NCBI GenBank assembly: GCA_032718475.1
Contig: JAUCBJ010001213.1
Location: 1 to 64,000 of the forward strand
Source: Nemertoderma westbladi
Lineage: Eukaryota; Animalia; Xenacoelomorpha
Direction of reading: 5' to 3'
Length of the DNA stretch: 64,000 nt
Positions within the stretch are counted from its first letter, which is position 1. Each line of letters opens with the position of its first letter. Positions 11,044 through 25,206 of the stretch are shown here, piece after piece. The translations under genes were made by a program, and so were the position numbers. The notes beneath the pieces were generated by a model. That model was not told the DNA's origin, did not search any database, and saw only the letters and a list, made by a program, of their open reading frames with translations.

Positions 11044-11251
11044 TGTAGGATAGTGATCATTATCAGTATCAACTGTATGTACATATAAATGTAAACCTAT
11101 ATAAGTAACAAGGGAGATTATTATTCTAGAACTGAGATGAAAGAACATACTCAACATAGCTACAGTATACGAATATCTTGTATTCTAATATTTATATAAT
11201 TAAAGTAATACATGAAAATATACTCAATGTCACTTCTTTCATTATCATACA
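11044..11251 (+). repeat. 3' LTR (208 bp)
   Basis: Matches the 5' LTR except for 3 substitutions seen by eye and a 9-bp insertion (CTCAACATA). Confidence 0.95.
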
Positions 11252-11728
11252 TTGGTAAACACAAAATATCGCAAAGATCGCGAAGATCGCGACGTTTGCG
11301 AAGCTCCACCTATAGTATTGGTAAACACAAAATATTGTGACGTTTACACAGCTCCAGCGCTACCTTAAATATTGTTAATACAAAATATCGCGAACATTGC
11401 GACGTTTGCGAAGCTCCACCTATAGTATTGGTAAACACAAAATATCGCGAAGATCTCGACGTTTGCGAAGCTATACCTATATATAGTATTGGTAAACACA
11501 AAATATTGTGACGTTTACACAGCTCCAGCGCTACCTTAAATATTGTTAATACAAAATATCGCGAACATTGCGACGTTTGCGAAGCTCCACCTATAGTATT
11601 GTTAAATACAAAATATCGTGAAGATCGCGACGTTTGCGAAATTTTGCGATTTTCGTAATCTTCGCAAAAATCGCGACGTTTGCGAAGATTGCGAAAATCG
11701 CGAAGAATTGTTCAAAATCGTTGCCCTA
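11252..11728. repeat. 48-bp minisatellite, right part, ending in short inverted repeats and CCCTA
   Basis: Same unit resumes in register after the TSD; becomes palindromic TTCGCAA/TTGCGAA motifs at about 11630-11710. Confidence 0.88.
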
Positions 11729-11888
11729 ATGGGGGTGGGGCTATTGATGCGATGCAATCCTATCTCTCTTTCCACATAGAAGCAAATACCAGGACCAGCT
11801 ATACCTGTACCTATAGTCCACTCCACTATACCAGATAGTACAAATGTAGTATCCAAGCTGGTAGACTATATGAAACTACTTACTTTGG

Positions 11889-14800
11889 TGTAGCTATTAT
11901 TGCATATATACCTTTAGTTGTAGCTATTATTGCATATACCTTTAGTTGTAGCTATTATTGCATATATATATATACCTTTAGTTGTAGCTATTATTGCATA
12001 TATATATATACCTTTAGTTGTAGCTATTATTGCATATATACCTTTAGTTGTAGCTATTATTGCATATATACCTTTAGTTGTAGCTATTATTACATATATA
12101 TATACCTTTAGTTGTAGCTATTACTGCATATATATATACCTTTAGTTGTAGCTATTATTGCATATAAACCTTTAGTTGTAGTTATTATTGCATATATATA
12201 TACCTTTAGTTGTAGCTATTATTGCATATATATATACCTTTAGTTGTAGCTATTATTGCATATATATATACCTTTAGTTGTAGCTATTATTGCATATATA
12301 CCTTTAGTTGTAGCTATTATTGCATATATACCTTTAGTTGTAGCTATTATTGCATATATATACCTTTAGTTGTAGCTATTATTGCATATATACCTTTAGT
12401 TGTAGCTATTATTGTATATATATATACCTTTAGTTGTAGCTATTATTGCATATATACCTTTAGTTTTAGCTATTATTGCATATATACCTTTAGTTGTAGC
12501 TATTATTGCATATATACCTTTAGTTGTAGCTATTATTGCATATATATACCTTTAGTTGTAGCTATTATTGCATATATACCTTTAGTTGTAGCTATTATTG
12601 CATATATATATACCTTTAGTTGTAGCTATTATTGCATATATACCTTTAGTTTTAGCTATTATTGCATATATACCTTTAGTTGTAGCTATTATTGCATATA
12701 TATATACCTTTAGTTGTAGCTATTATTGCATATATATATACATTTAGTTGTAGCTATTATTGCATATATACCTTTAGTTGTAGCTATTATTGCATATATA
12801 TATATACCTTTAGTTGTAGCTATTATTGCATATATACCTTTAGTTGTAGCTATTATTGTATATATATATATATACCTTTAGTTGTAGCTATTATTGTATA
12901 TATATATACCTTTAGTTGTAGCTATTATTGCATATATACCTTTAGTTTTAGCTATTATTGCATATATACCTTTAGTTGTAGCTATTATTGCATATATATA
13001 TACCTTTAGTTGTAGCTATTATTGCATATATATATACATTTAGTTGTAGCTATTATTGCATATATACCTTTAGTTGTAGCTATTATTGCATATATATACC
13101 TTTAGTTGTAGCTATTATTGCATATATACCTTTAGTTGTAGCTATTATTCCATATATATACCTTTAGTTGTAGCTATTATTGCATATAAACCTTTAGTTG
13201 TAGCTATTTTTGCATATATATATACCTTTAGTTGTAGCTATTATTGCATATATATATACCTTTAGTTGAAGCTATTATTGCATATATACCTTTAGTTGTA
13301 GCTATTATTGCATATATACCTTTAGTTGTAGCTATTATTGCATATATACATTTAGTTGTAGCTATTATTTCATATATACCTTTAGTTGTAGCTATTATTT
13401 CATATATACCTTTAGTTGTAGCTATTATTGCATATATATACCTTTAGTTGTAGCTATTATTGCATATATACCTTTAGTTGTAGCTATTTTTGCATATATA
13501 CCTTTAGTTGTTGCTATTATTGCGTATATACCTTTAGTTGTAGCTATTATTGCATATATATATACCTTTAGTTGTAGCTATTATTGCATATATATATATA
13601 CACCTTTAGTTGTAGCTATTATTGCATATAAATACCTTTAGTTTTAGCTATTATTGCATATATACCTTTAGTTGTAGCTATTATTGCATATATACCTTTA
13701 GTCGTAGCTATTATTGCATATATACCTTTAGTTGTAGCTATTATTGCATATATACCTTTAGTTGTAGCTATTATTGCATATATACCTTTAGTTGTAGCTA
13801 TTATTGCATATATACCTTTAGTTTTAGCTATTATTGCATATATATATATACTGTATATATATATATATACCTTTAGTTGTAGCTATTATTGCATATATAC
13901 ATTTAGTTGTAGCTATTATTGCATATATACCTTTAGTTGTAGCTATTATTGCATATATACCTTTAGTTGTAGCTATTATTGCATATATACCTTTAGTTGT
14001 AGCTATTATTGCATATATACCTTTAGTTTTAGCTATTATTGCATATATATATATACTGTATATATATATATATACCTTTAGTTGTAGCTATTATTGCATA
14101 TATACCTTTAGTTGTAGCTATTATTGCATATATACCTTTAGTTGTAGCTATTATTGCATATATACCTTTAGTTTTAGCTATTATTGCATATATATATATA
14201 CTGTATATATATATATATATACCTTTAGTTGTAGCTATTATTGCATATATACATTTAGTTGTAGCTATTATTGCATATATACCTTTAGTTGTAGCTATTA
14301 TTGCATATATACCTTTAGTTGTAGCTATTATTGCATATATACCTTTAGTTGTAGCTATTATTGCATATATACCTTTAGTTGTAGCTATTATTGCATATAT
14401 ACCTTTAGTTTTAGCTATTATTGCATATATACCTTTAGTTGTAGCTATTATTGCATATATACCTTTAGTTGTAGCTATTATTGCATATATACCTTTAGTT
14501 TTAGCTATTATTGCATATATATATATACTGTATATATATATATATATACCTTTAGTTGTAGCTATTATTGCATATATACATTTAGTTGTAGCTATTATTG
14601 CATATATACCTTTAGTTGTAGCTATTATTGCATATATACCTTTAGTTGTAGCTATTATTGCATATATATATACCTTTAGTTGTAGCTATTATTGCATATA
14701 TACCTTTAGTTGTAGCTATTATTGCATATATACCTTTAGTTGTAGCTATTATTGCATATATACCTTTAGTTGTAGCTATTATTGCATATATACCTTTAGT

Positions 14801-16008
14801 TGTAGCTATTATTGCATATATACCTTTAGTTGTAGCTATTATTGCATATATACCTTTAGTTTTAGCTATTATTGCATATATATATATACTGTATATATAT
14901 ATATATATACCTTTAGTTGTAGCTATTATTGCATATATACATTTAGTTGTAGCTATTATTGCATATATACCTTTAGTTGTAGCTATTATTGCATATATAC
15001 CTTTAGTTGTAGCTATTATTGCATATATACCTTTAGTTGTAGCTATTATTGCATATATACCTTTAGTTGTAGCTATTATTGCATATATACCTTTAGTTGT
15101 AGCTATTATTGCATATATACCTTTAGTTGTAGCTATTATTGCATATATACCTTTAGTTTTAGCTATTATTGCATATATACCTTTAGTTGTAGCTATTATT
15201 GCATATATACCTTTAGTTGTAGCTATTATTGCATATATACCTTTAGTTTTAGCTATTATTGCATATATATATATACTGTATATATATATATATATACCTT
15301 TAGTTGTAGCTATTATTGCATATATACCTTTAGTTGTAGCTATTATTGCATATATACCTTTAGTTGTAGCTATTATTGCATATATACCTTTAGTTGTAGC
15401 TATTATTGCATATATACCTTTAGTTTTAGCTATTATTGCATATATACCTTTAGTTGTAGCTATTATTGCATATATACCTTTAGTTGTAGCTATTATTGCA
15501 TATATACCTTTAGTTTTAGCTATTATTGCATATATATATATACTGTATATATATATATATATACCTTTAGTTGTAGCTATTATTGCATATATACATTTAG
15601 TTGTAGCTATTATTGCATATATACCTTTAGTTGTAGCTATTATTGCATATATACCTTTAGTTGTAGCTATTATTGCATATATACCTTTAGTTGTAGCTAT
15701 TATTGCATATATACCTTTAGTTGTAGCTATTATTGCATATATACCTTTAGTTGTAGCTATTATTGCATATATACCTTTAGTTTTAGCTATTATTGCATAT
15801 ATATATATACTGTATATATATATATATATACCTTTAGTTGTAGCTATTATTGCATATATACATTTAGTTGTAGCTATTATTGCATATATACCTTTAGTTG
15901 TAGCTATTATTGCATATATACCTTTAGTTGTAGCTATTATTGCATATATACCTTTAGTTGTAGCTATTATTGCATATATATATACCTTTAGTTGTAGCTA
16001 TTATTGCA
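11889..16008. repeat. ~30-bp AT-rich satellite with variable (TA)n
   Basis: Unit CCTTTAGTTGTAGCTATTATTGCATATATA, about 130 copies; recurring marker units (GTTTTAGC...TACTGTATATA, then CATTTAG). Confidence 0.97.
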
Positions 16009-16929
16009 TACTTTGGCCTTATCTACCTTATCTTCTTCTCTATAATCTGGCAGAGTAAGAAATTATTATTTCCAGTTAATTATTATTGAATTCCTGGGAT
16101 TCTCTCTATCTATGAACATTAAAAGACAAGGCAAAGTGCCAAAGTTTCAAATAACTGTTGGTTATTTGCAGTGCTTATTACAACTATAAGTGCCGTTAAT
16201 GTAGAATTGGCATTCAGTAATTATTGCTACTCACTTACAATGATAATGTAATTAACTACCAAATGGTGTTTGTTCGTTTGCTAGCTTGTGGTAGACAAAT
16301 TCTATTGGCTTTTTAACTGCATATTATCGAGGTCAGCCCATATATATTTGGCAAACGCAAGGAAAACTAGAATAATTACTGGAAACAATTATTGCGTTTG
16401 TCGGTCGGTACCTTTAATAGTTAATTTATATATAACTCGGTGCAGAGGAAAATCTAAATTATTCGGAATCTGTTCGTGTGCTATTAAATTAGTGATTAAT
16501 AATTTATTCAAATATAATTTATGGGCCTAGGGTAATCTATATCAAATCGACATATTTTTCCCGGTTCCAGTACAGTTATTCTATATGATATTGTATTTTA
16601 TATAATGCATTGCATTACTTTATTTGGGTTTAAAGGTCAAAATCTCCCACATATTATTGACGGAAACTGCCTGTGTTGTTATTGAGGCTAGTTTCCATGT
16701 CAACATATATTTAATAATTCATCACCTTTCTGTCTCACCCGCTATACCAGCTGACACACTTCTTTAATATTTATTTATATATAGTTATTTTAGGCTATTG
16801 ATTAAATACTTTATAACTTGCTACTCGGGAATACAATGGGACTGCTTTCACATAAACTCTTCAAACTGTGATCATTTGATATGATGTTATTAAATTCTAA
16901 TATTGTTAATTGAATTAGCTCCATCGATA

Positions 16930-19900
16930 ATGACTTCAGAAGAGGGTTCACATCTCCATATAGGGGACATTGTCTCTTTATACGCTGAGGGTAGTGTCTC
17001 TGGGTTCCTAAGTACTCTCGGTTTAGTAGATGATCGTTGTGTGGTGCGGCCAGAAGCAGGTGACCTCACAACACCGCCAGGAAAGTTCAGAGACTGTCTC
17101 TTTCTGATCTGCCCAATGAACCGGTACTCCGCTCAGAAACAGTTCTGGAAGGCATTAAAGCCAATCTTGAACACTTCAACAGACCCTGTACTTCTCAATA
17201 AATTGCAACATGCTGCAGAACTGGAAAAGAAACAGAATGACTCTGATGGTAAGAAGATGATGGGTAGTGAGGTGGTCTATGGCAGCTGTGTGCAACTCCA
17301 ACATGTCAAAAGTAACAAGTTTCTTACTGTCAATAAGCGGCTCCCTGCTCTACTAGAAAAAACTGCGATGCGGGTATATCTGGACATCCATGGCAATGAA
17401 GGTTCATGGTTTAATATACAGCCTCACTATAAGTTACGCTCCTCTGGTGACCCAATAGTCCTAGGAGATAAAGTCACATTAAACCCAGTACATGCTAGCC
17501 AACCACTCCATTCATCTACTTATGAATTAGCTGATGAAGACGAGAAGGGTTGCTATGAGGTGAATGCACTCAACTCTAATACATGCTGGAAGATTAATTT
17601 ATTTTTGGAATATAAGGAGAATTCAGAAGAAATTCTTAAAGGAGGTGATGTATTACGTCTGTTTCATGCTGAACAGGAGAAGTTTTTGACGTTAGATGAT
17701 TATGGAAAGTCCCCTTGTGTGTTTCTCAGAGTAACAGCAAGAGCTTCAGCAACATCTGCGACCAGTAGTAAGGCATTATGGGAAGTCGAGGTGGTACAAC
17801 AAAATCCCCTGCGAGGAGGAGCTGGTCATTGGAACAGCTTCTACAGGTTCAAGCACCTTGCCACTGGTCTCTATCTTGCTGCTGGAGAAGATAAACACCA
17901 CTTAAAGGATCCAATCAGAATAAAGCTGAGAGGTAATGAAATGGAAAATCTGCCTGTATATTACCTTATGGCAGTATCCACAACAAATGATCTTTCCAGT
18001 ATATTTGAATTGGATCCCACAACTTCACAAAGAGGTGATGCTTTGGTCCCTCGGTCATCTTTTGTACGGTTACGACATCTTTACTCAGAAGCATGGGTTC
18101 ATTCTATGCAATCAGCTATTGATTGTACTGATGATAAACCTGAACGATTAAAAGTTGGAGCTGCATCTGTTAAGGAAGATAAAGAAGCATTTGCATTAGT
18201 TCATGTTGCTCCCAGCGAGGTCCGGGATTTAGATTTTGCGAATGATGCTAGTAAGGTGTTAGGAAATACAGCTAATGCCCTTGAGAAGGTATTATTAAGT
18301 CAGAATCAGAAGCGTATTACATTACAATTGCTTTCTGATTTGGTGTACTTTGTAGCAGGTGCTACAAATCGTGGTGTTGATCCACTAAACGTTGTCATGG
18401 GAGATGAACCTGACCGGGAAAGGCAAAAGTTAATGAGGGAGCAGAACATTTTAAAGCAAATATTTCGTCTTTTACAAGCTCCATTCCAAACCACACGCAA
18501 TACTTCATCACCAATGAAAAATATGTCGGAACTAACTGATAAAAGGCATTCCCAATTGCGTTCCATATTCCGTTTATGTTATAGAGTCTTGAGATTGTCT
18601 CAACATGACTATCGCAAGAATCAAGAATATATAGCTAAAAGTTTTGGTTTTATGCAAAAACAGATTGGTTTAGATATTCTGGCAGAGGATACCATTACAG
18701 CATTACTTCATAACAACAGAAAATTACTTGAGAAACATATAACTTCGACTGAAATTGAAACATTTGTCAATTTAGTAAGAAAAAGACAAGAAGCCAGATT
18801 CCTGAAGTATTTATCCGATCTTTGTGTATCTAACAATCAAGCCATAGCAGTAACGCAAGAACTGATATGTCAAATTGTGCTGCACCCAAAGAATAGTGAC
18901 CTTCTTATTGAAACAAAACTGACACGTTTTAATGACAATGATAAAGTTACTGATGACAAGACTATTAAGGAATACCCAGAGCCAGATGAGGCTGCTGATA
19001 TTAATTCTGAAGATGAGGATTGGTATGAGGAAGTTGTACTCTATTGGGATCGTCAGTATGCAGGAAAGGATAATTTAGAACAACCAATCCGAGATATGGC
19101 CATGGATGCCCTTTCTGGAGATAACGCAGCTATAGAATACTTAGAGTATTATAAGAACCAGCTAAATTTATTTGCACAGATGTGTCTGGACAGACAGTAC
19201 ATTGCTATTGAATACATTGCGAAAAATCTTGGGCTAAATATTAATATAATTCTTGCATGTATGAGTGATGACGATCTCCCATATGATCTCCGTGCTTCAT
19301 TCTGCCGCCTCATGCTCCATTGCCATGTTGATTGTCAACCACAAGAACCAGTAATACCCTTTAGATTTGCCCGGCTCTGGTCAGAGATACCCAGCCGTAG
19401 TAGTGTCCAATTGTATGGTGAGTTGGAGGGGGTGCGCCACAAGTCTAAGGAAAAAATTATTCCAAAATTTTTTGATACTATGCAAGATGTTGAGGGATAT
19501 CTGTGCAACCTCGCTGCAAATAGCAGATCCGCATTTAGTGACAAGGAACAGAATAAATTCACATATGAGGTTGTAGTTCTTGCTCGCAATCTTGTTTACT
19601 TTGGATTTTTTGGATTTCCAGATTTGCTCCGTCTAACAAAAACTCTTCTTTGCATTCTTGATTCAACTCAAACACTTCCTCCTGGAGAGTCACATAACCG
19701 TACTGACATTGTCACCAATACTCTGAGTAGTGTGGCACATTCTGTCAAGACTGTTGGAGATGTTGCTTCTGGAGTGGTACTTGGTTCAACACATAAGTAT
19801 AATAACACTCTTCCATCTTCCTTGCCATCTGCAGACACATCCAACCCAAAGGGTTCAGGTACCTTTTTAACGCCTGGTGCACTTGAGGCCCAGAAAAGTG

Positions 19901-22900
19901 ATGAACTTGTAATGAAAACGAAACTTAAAATAATTGAAATCCTTAGATTCATTCTAGATGTTCGCCTTGACTTCCATGTTTCATCAATACTTTCACTTTT
20001 TAAACGCGAATTTACTGTATCTCAGGAGATTTCTAGTCAATTTAGTGTTAACAATGTCATGGTAAAATTTATTGAATCTGTATTTGAAAGCAAATCAAAC
20101 GAGGATGATTTAGATTTGGACGGTGAAGGTGGTAATAAGTTTCTAAGAGTTATCCTTGATTTGATAATGCATAACTACCCACCCCTCACATCTGCTGCTT
20201 TAGATCTCTTGTTTCGACATTTCAGTCAACGACAGGAGGTTATCAATTCATTGTCTCTGGTCCAGCTACTTGTTTCAAGTGAAGATGTTGAGAACTATAA
20301 AACGATTACTACTGATTTAGAGGCATTGAGAACATTAGTGGAAACATCAGAGCTTTGGGTTTTCAAATCTCAGAAAAAAGAAAACAATGATAAGAATAAA
20401 AAATCAAAGCAAATCTCGAATCATAATGAAGTCGATTATATGGAATTACTAATGAATAACTCACCAATTGATTTAAATTTGGGGCCATCAGTGAGTGAGG
20501 ATTTTGTCAATAAATATAACACACTTAAACGTATACTACTTGATTTTACTAAGTTATGCACATACACTGATTCAGATGGAAAATTGCGCAATAAGCCGCA
20601 TGAACAAAGGTTGTTGAGCAACATGGGAGCGCTATCAGTTGTACTTGAGCTACTCTCCATTCCTTATGAAAAGAAAGAAGACCTTAGAATGAATGAAATA
20701 ATGAAGCTTGCACATAAATTCCTTCAATCATTTTGTTTTGGTAACCCTTTTAACCAAGCACAATTGTTCAAAACTATTGATATATTTTTATCACCAAGTG
20801 ATAACAGATTCACTTCTCTTTTGGAGGCTGCTACAATGAGATACATTTTTCTCAACAATGCTAATCTTTGTGTAGAAATTAATGAAAAGATAGTCCAGCA
20901 TTTTATCACAGCTATTGAAACATATGGACGCCATGTAGCATATCTAGATTTTTTCCATACAATTGTAAAAGCTGGTTCTCAGTGGATAAAGAAATGTCAG
21001 GATTTAGTGATGGCAGAGCTGAGTAATTGTGGAGAAGATGTTATGCTTTTCTACAATGAACGCAATACCTTCCCTGATCTGGTTAAACTTATGAGCTGTC
21101 ATACAAACAGAGTAACTGAAGATAACCCATTGCAGTATCACATTAAGCTGGTTAAATTATTATCATTGTGTACTGAAGGAAAGAATGTGTACACTGAAAT
21201 AAAATGCCATTCCTTGCTTCCTTTGGATGATATAGTAAATATTGTCACACACAATGATTGCACACCTGAAGTCAAAGAGGCATACATGGACTTCCTAAAT
21301 CATGCCTATATTGATACCGATATTGAAATGAAAGAAATTTATACCTCAAATCATATTTTTACACTGTTTGAAAACTTTATGACTGATATGAGGCTTGTAT
21401 GTAATCAAACAACAGATAATAAGTATAGTGATAAAGCACTTCAGCGTTACATTTCAGTAACAGTCCCTGATGTCATTACATCTTTCATCAGCAGTGCATT
21501 TTCTATACAATCTACATCGATGAATCTCAAACATAATATATTTGTGGATCTCTTATCCTCATTGTATCTGTTAGCTACCGCCCCACAACTTAGTGTTGAT
21601 CAGTTAAATTATGTCGACAACTGCGTCAAAGTTTATCATGCCAAATTAAGGGATAGAGGAGTGCCTTTGCCTGCAGAACTTGACAAACTTGTTATTACAC
21701 ATATAAAAAAAGGACTAACTGTTCACGACAAAGCTGGCACATGGCTTAGAAAAGTATCTTTTAGAAAAAAAGTTCCATCTGTGTCTATAATTCACAGTGA
21801 AGAAAAGGATATTATTGATGGTATGCAGTATATAGTTGAGTTGGTGTGCAAGATTCTCAACCCATTAGTGAAAGCAGAAATATCTGTCCTTGTTGATGTT
21901 ATGCTGAAGCCAGAGCTTCTTTTTCCAGAGCAGTCACCCGAATATGAGAAGTGTCTTAATGGAGGGTTAACAGCTAAACTCATTAGTCACTGTGAATATC
22001 TAATGAACCAAAAAGATGAAAAAACTGGGAGCAAAGTTTTACATTGCCTGCGGGATATGATGGCTGTTAATATAAACTTTGATGATCGATGTGATAAGCT
22101 CCGTGGTTCCTTGTTAGACAAATATTTTGGTCCACTTCGTACTAAAACTAAACGTGGAGCAATTACACAAGCTCAAGTGCCAAGTAGCAATGGAGGACCT
22201 GGTAATGGTAATAAAAGATCAAATGATGCATTGGTTCCTGATAGTCCAGGAAGTTTACAAATTAGTCGAGCAGATGCCACTCTTTACCAGGTTCAGTGTT
22301 CATTAAATAATGATGGAGCCACAAAGTTAGTTACCAATCTGGTAATAAACTCAACAAGTCTACAAGTTTTTGTTCAAGCCATTGAACTTGGAATAGCTTT
22401 GCTTGAAGGTGGTAATGGTGTAACACAGGCCTCATTTTTGGACTATTTTCAAACTGATAGTAATGCTGAACTATTTTTTAAGGTTGTCTATGGAAAGATC
22501 GAAGCTGCAGAAACAGAACTTAAAGCTAGTGGTAATGTGGGAGCATCATCAGAAGAAGAATATCTCAGGGAGAAAGAGATAGCTAAAGGAAAAGAAGATC
22601 AGTTAAAACAACCAACAAATATTGATGTTAATGTTAAAGATGTTGTTGCTGATCCAGGCGATTTGAATGAAGTCGGCTCTGCAAAACAAGATAGTATATC
22701 AATAGTAGCAAATGAAGATGTGCCAGAACAATCTGTTGGCTACATTATCAGCGTTATGCAACCAATTCTGAGGTTCTTGCAGCTGCTCTGTGAGAACCAT
22801 AACCTAGCTCTCCAAAATTTTTTACGAAATCAGAATGGCAAAACCAATACAAACTATAATATGATATGTGAAACATTACAGCTACTCGATTGTATTTGTG

Positions 22901-25206
22901 GGTCGTCAACTGGTGGCCTCGAACTTCTTGGCCTTTATATCAATGAGTCTAATGTGAACATTATCAACCAGATATTAAACACATTAACAGAGTATTGCCA
23001 AGGCCCATGTCACGAAAACCAGAATGCCATTGCCTCTCATGAGAGCAATGGTATTGATATTATAATATCCCTTATCCTAAATGATATTAATCCGCTAGGA
23101 CAGCGGCGAATGGACCTTGTACTCGAGCTTAAGAATAATGCATCGGTTCTTTTATTAGCTATTATGGAGAGCCGGCATGATAGTGAAAATGCCGAACGAA
23201 TTCTCTACAATATGACACCAAAACATTTGGTAGATGTAATCAAGCATGCGTATATGCAAGAGGAATCCGAACAGGAGCGTGGAAGTACTGTAGAAAATAG
23301 TGATGATGATGATGAGGAAACAATTTCACCCCGACAAGTTGGACACAACATATATATATTGGCACACCAGCTGGCTCATCACAATCGGGAATTGGCTGGC
23401 TACTTAAGACCGAACATCGAATTCAAAAATGAGGGAGACCATGCCCTAGACTTCTATGCAAGACATACAGCTCAGATTGAGATTGTTCGTTCCGATAGGA
23501 CGATGGAGCAGATTGTCTTCCCCGTTCCAACAGTTTGTGAGTTTCTCACTGCGGAAACGAAAACCAATGTTTATCTAGGGACAGAAAGAGACGACCAGGG
23601 TTCAAAGGTATCTGGATTCTTCGAACGTGTAGAAGATATGTACTTAGAAATGGAATGGCAGCGGAAACTCCGTGACGATAACCTATTCTACTGGGTCAGT
23701 TCTAATATGTCGCTTTGGGGTTCTATATCATTTAACTCTGCCGTTATCATCAACCTTGTTGTTGCTCTCTTTTACCCTTTCCCAAACGCTACAGTTACTC
23801 TAAACCCCCGAATATCTGGATTGGTGTGGGCTGCATTGCTGATGTCAATTGCATTAGTTGTAACTGTTCCTCGTCCAAATGGTTTTAGAACACTTATAGT
23901 CGCTGTCATTCTAAGGCTAATTTTCACCATTGGAATTCAACCCACACTTTATATTTTAGGAGCATTCAACTTTTTTAACAAAGGAATTTTTCTGGTTAGT
24001 TTTGTTGGTAACCGTGGGATGGCTAATAAAGGCCTAAAAAAGATGTTTAGTGACTATGAGTTTGTTTACCATTTCGGGTATCTCTGCATTTGTTTGCTTG
24101 GACTCATTGTTCATGAATTCTTCTACAGTATTCTACTACTTGATCTGATAAAACGAGAAGATACATTGGCCAACGTAATCCGCAGCGTTACTAGCAATGG
24201 GAGATCCATCATACTAACAGCTGTTCTTGCGGTAATTCTCGTCTACTTATTCTCTATCATTGGATATTTACTGTTCAAGAAGGACTTTATTGTTGAGATC
24301 GACCCTCTTCCCGGAATAGATATGGAGATACAACTGCATGGCGGGAAACCATTAGATCCATCAGTGAATCTAAATGATACTGAAGGTGTTTGTCATTCTG
24401 GTACGAACTGCCCTACTAGTAATGCTACTAGCGATAATCTTACTAATGGTGATAATGATACCGAATCAGGTGGAGTACGAAGTTTCATAGATGCTTATCT
24501 CGAAATCACTGACAATGACCCTGACAATGATGGCAAAGAAAACGCATGTGAAACCTTGATAATGTGCATCTTAACAACTTTAAACCAAGGACTCCGAAAT
24601 GGTGGAGGAATTGGTGACATTCTGAGACATCCTTCAGCTACTGAACCTCTCTTTGTGGCTCGTGTCATATACGACCTTATGTTTTTTTTCATCTGCATTA
24701 TTATTGTCTTGAATCTTATTTTTGGTGTCATCATTGATACATTTGGCGCTTTGCGTTCTGACAAGGAGACAAAGGACGAAGTTCTACGAAACTCATGTTT
24801 CGTTTGCGGCCTAGAAAGATCGGCATTCGATAACAAATCTGTGTCTTTTGAGGAGCATTGTCATGACGAACACAATATGTGGCATTACCTGTATTTTATA
24901 GTTCTTATTAAAGTGAAGGATCCCACCGAATTCACTGGGCCAGAGAGCTACGTATATTCCATGGTGCAGGAGCGGAATAGGGAGTGGTTTCCACGGATGC
25001 GAGCAATGTCATTGGCTGCCGATGAAGGTGACAATGAACAAAATGAACTGCGAAATCTACAGATCCAATTGGAGTCAACAAATAAGATTGTTCTCGACCT
25101 GAGCAGTCAGCTGACTGACCTAAGGGACCAAATGAGTGAACAAAGGAAGCTAAAGCAACGAATGGGGATGTTGGGGATGGGTCATAGACAATCTCTTATA
25201 GGATAG
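16930..25206 (+). CDS. ITPR: Inositol 1,4,5-trisphosphate receptor, single-exon CDS, 2758 aa from the first ATG
   Basis: N-terminus [31 protein letters not shown]; IP3-binding segments [25 protein letters not shown]; [11 protein letters not shown] and [14 protein letters not shown]; TM region; pore GGGIGD (24601-24618); zinc finger CFVCG...HCHDEH; terminal coiled coil. No stops or frameshifts. Confidence 0.98.
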   Translation: MTSEEGSHLHIGDIVSLYAEGSVSGFLSTLGLVDDRCVVRPEAGDLTTPPGKFRDCLFLICPMNRYSAQKQFWKALKPILNTSTDPVLLNKLQHAAELEKKQNDSDGKKMMGSEVVYGSCVQLQHVKSNKFLTVNKRLPALLEKTAMRVYLDIHGNEGSWFNIQPHYKLRSSGDPIVLGDKVTLNPVHASQPLHSSTYELADEDEKGCYEVNALNSNTCWKINLFLEYKENSEEILKGGDVLRLFHAEQEKFLTLDDYGKSPCVFLRVTARASATSATSSKALWEVEVVQQNPLRGGAGHWNSFYRFKHLATGLYLAAGEDKHHLKDPIRIKLRGNEMENLPVYYLMAVSTTNDLSSIFELDPTTSQRGDALVPRSSFVRLRHLYSEAWVHSMQSAIDCTDDKPERLKVGAASVKEDKEAFALVHVAPSEVRDLDFANDASKVLGNTANALEKVLLSQNQKRITLQLLSDLVYFVAGATNRGVDPLNVVMGDEPDRERQKLMREQNILKQIFRLLQAPFQTTRNTSSPMKNMSELTDKRHSQLRSIFRLCYRVLRLSQHDYRKNQEYIAKSFGFMQKQIGLDILAEDTITALLHNNRKLLEKHITSTEIETFVNLVRKRQEARFLKYLSDLCVSNNQAIAVTQELICQIVLHPKNSDLLIETKLTRFNDNDKVTDDKTIKEYPEPDEAADINSEDEDWYEEVVLYWDRQYAGKDNLEQPIRDMAMDALSGDNAAIEYLEYYKNQLNLFAQMCLDRQYIAIEYIAKNLGLNINIILACMSDDDLPYDLRASFCRLMLHCHVDCQPQEPVIPFRFARLWSEIPSRSSVQLYGELEGVRHKSKEKIIPKFFDTMQDVEGYLCNLAANSRSAFSDKEQNKFTYEVVVLARNLVYFGFFGFPDLLRLTKTLLCILDSTQTLPPGESHNRTDIVTNTLSSVAHSVKTVGDVASGVVLGSTHKYNNTLPSSLPSADTSNPKGSGTFLTPGALEAQKSDELVMKTKLKIIEILRFILDVRLDFHVSSILSLFKREFTVSQEISSQFSVNNVMVKFIESVFESKSNEDDLDLDGEGGNKFLRVILDLIMHNYPPLTSAALDLLFRHFSQRQEVINSLSLVQLLVSSEDVENYKTITTDLEALRTLVETSELWVFKSQKKENNDKNKKSKQISNHNEVDYMELLMNNSPIDLNLGPSVSEDFVNKYNTLKRILLDFTKLCTYTDSDGKLRNKPHEQRLLSNMGALSVVLELLSIPYEKKEDLRMNEIMKLAHKFLQSFCFGNPFNQAQLFKTIDIFLSPSDNRFTSLLEAATMRYIFLNNANLCVEINEKIVQHFITAIETYGRHVAYLDFFHTIVKAGSQWIKKCQDLVMAELSNCGEDVMLFYNERNTFPDLVKLMSCHTNRVTEDNPLQYHIKLVKLLSLCTEGKNVYTEIKCHSLLPLDDIVNIVTHNDCTPEVKEAYMDFLNHAYIDTDIEMKEIYTSNHIFTLFENFMTDMRLVCNQTTDNKYSDKALQRYISVTVPDVITSFISSAFSIQSTSMNLKHNIFVDLLSSLYLLATAPQLSVDQLNYVDNCVKVYHAKLRDRGVPLPAELDKLVITHIKKGLTVHDKAGTWLRKVSFRKKVPSVSIIHSEEKDIIDGMQYIVELVCKILNPLVKAEISVLVDVMLKPELLFPEQSPEYEKCLNGGLTAKLISHCEYLMNQKDEKTGSKVLHCLRDMMAVNINFDDRCDKLRGSLLDKYFGPLRTKTKRGAITQAQVPSSNGGPGNGNKRSNDALVPDSPGSLQISRADATLYQVQCSLNNDGATKLVTNLVINSTSLQVFVQAIELGIALLEGGNGVTQASFLDYFQTDSNAELFFKVVYGKIEAAETELKASGNVGASSEEEYLREKEIAKGKEDQLKQPTNIDVNVKDVVADPGDLNEVGSAKQDSISIVANEDVPEQSVGYIISVMQPILRFLQLLCENHNLALQNFLRNQNGKTNTNYNMICETLQLLDCICGSSTGGLELLGLYINESNVNIINQILNTLTEYCQGPCHENQNAIASHESNGIDIIISLILNDINPLGQRRMDLVLELKNNASVLLLAIMESRHDSENAERILYNMTPKHLVDVIKHAYMQEESEQERGSTVENSDDDDEETISPRQVGHNIYILAHQLAHHNRELAGYLRPNIEFKNEGDHALDFYARHTAQIEIVRSDRTMEQIVFPVPTVCEFLTAETKTNVYLGTERDDQGSKVSGFFERVEDMYLEMEWQRKLRDDNLFYWVSSNMSLWGSISFNSAVIINLVVALFYPFPNATVTLNPRISGLVWAALLMSIALVVTVPRPNGFRTLIVAVILRLIFTIGIQPTLYILGAFNFFNKGIFLVSFVGNRGMANKGLKKMFSDYEFVYHFGYLCICLLGLIVHEFFYSILLLDLIKREDTLANVIRSVTSNGRSIILTAVLAVILVYLFSIIGYLLFKKDFIVEIDPLPGIDMEIQLHGGKPLDPSVNLNDTEGVCHSGTNCPTSNATSDNLTNGDNDTESGGVRSFIDAYLEITDNDPDNDGKENACETLIMCILTTLNQGLRNGGGIGDILRHPSATEPLFVARVIYDLMFFFICIIIVLNLIFGVIIDTFGALRSDKETKDEVLRNSCFVCGLERSAFDNKSVSFEEHCHDEHNMWHYLYFIVLIKVKDPTEFTGPESYVYSMVQERNREWFPRMRAMSLAADEGDNEQNELRNLQIQLESTNKIVLDLSSQLTDLRDQMSEQRKLKQRMGMLGMGHRQSLIG

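Larger units (their letters stand above)
6389..11251 (+). mobile_element. Full-length, decayed Ty3/Gypsy LTR retrotransposon (Mag-like)
   Basis: Two TG...CA LTRs, 5-bp TSD TTGGT (6384-6388 and 11252-11256), PBS, PPT and gag-PR-RT-RH-IN domain order. Confidence 0.96.

Noticed and set aside
11930-16058. Hydrophobic or Cys/Tyr-rich repeat ORFs (IPLVVAIIAY, YTFSCSYYCI)
   Set aside because: Translations of the 30-bp satellite; variable TA runs shift the frame.
16903-16929. ORF-track start of ITPR at a TTG
   Set aside because: In a eukaryotic gene the first ATG at 16930 ([13 protein letters not shown]) matches the normal ITPR N-terminus.
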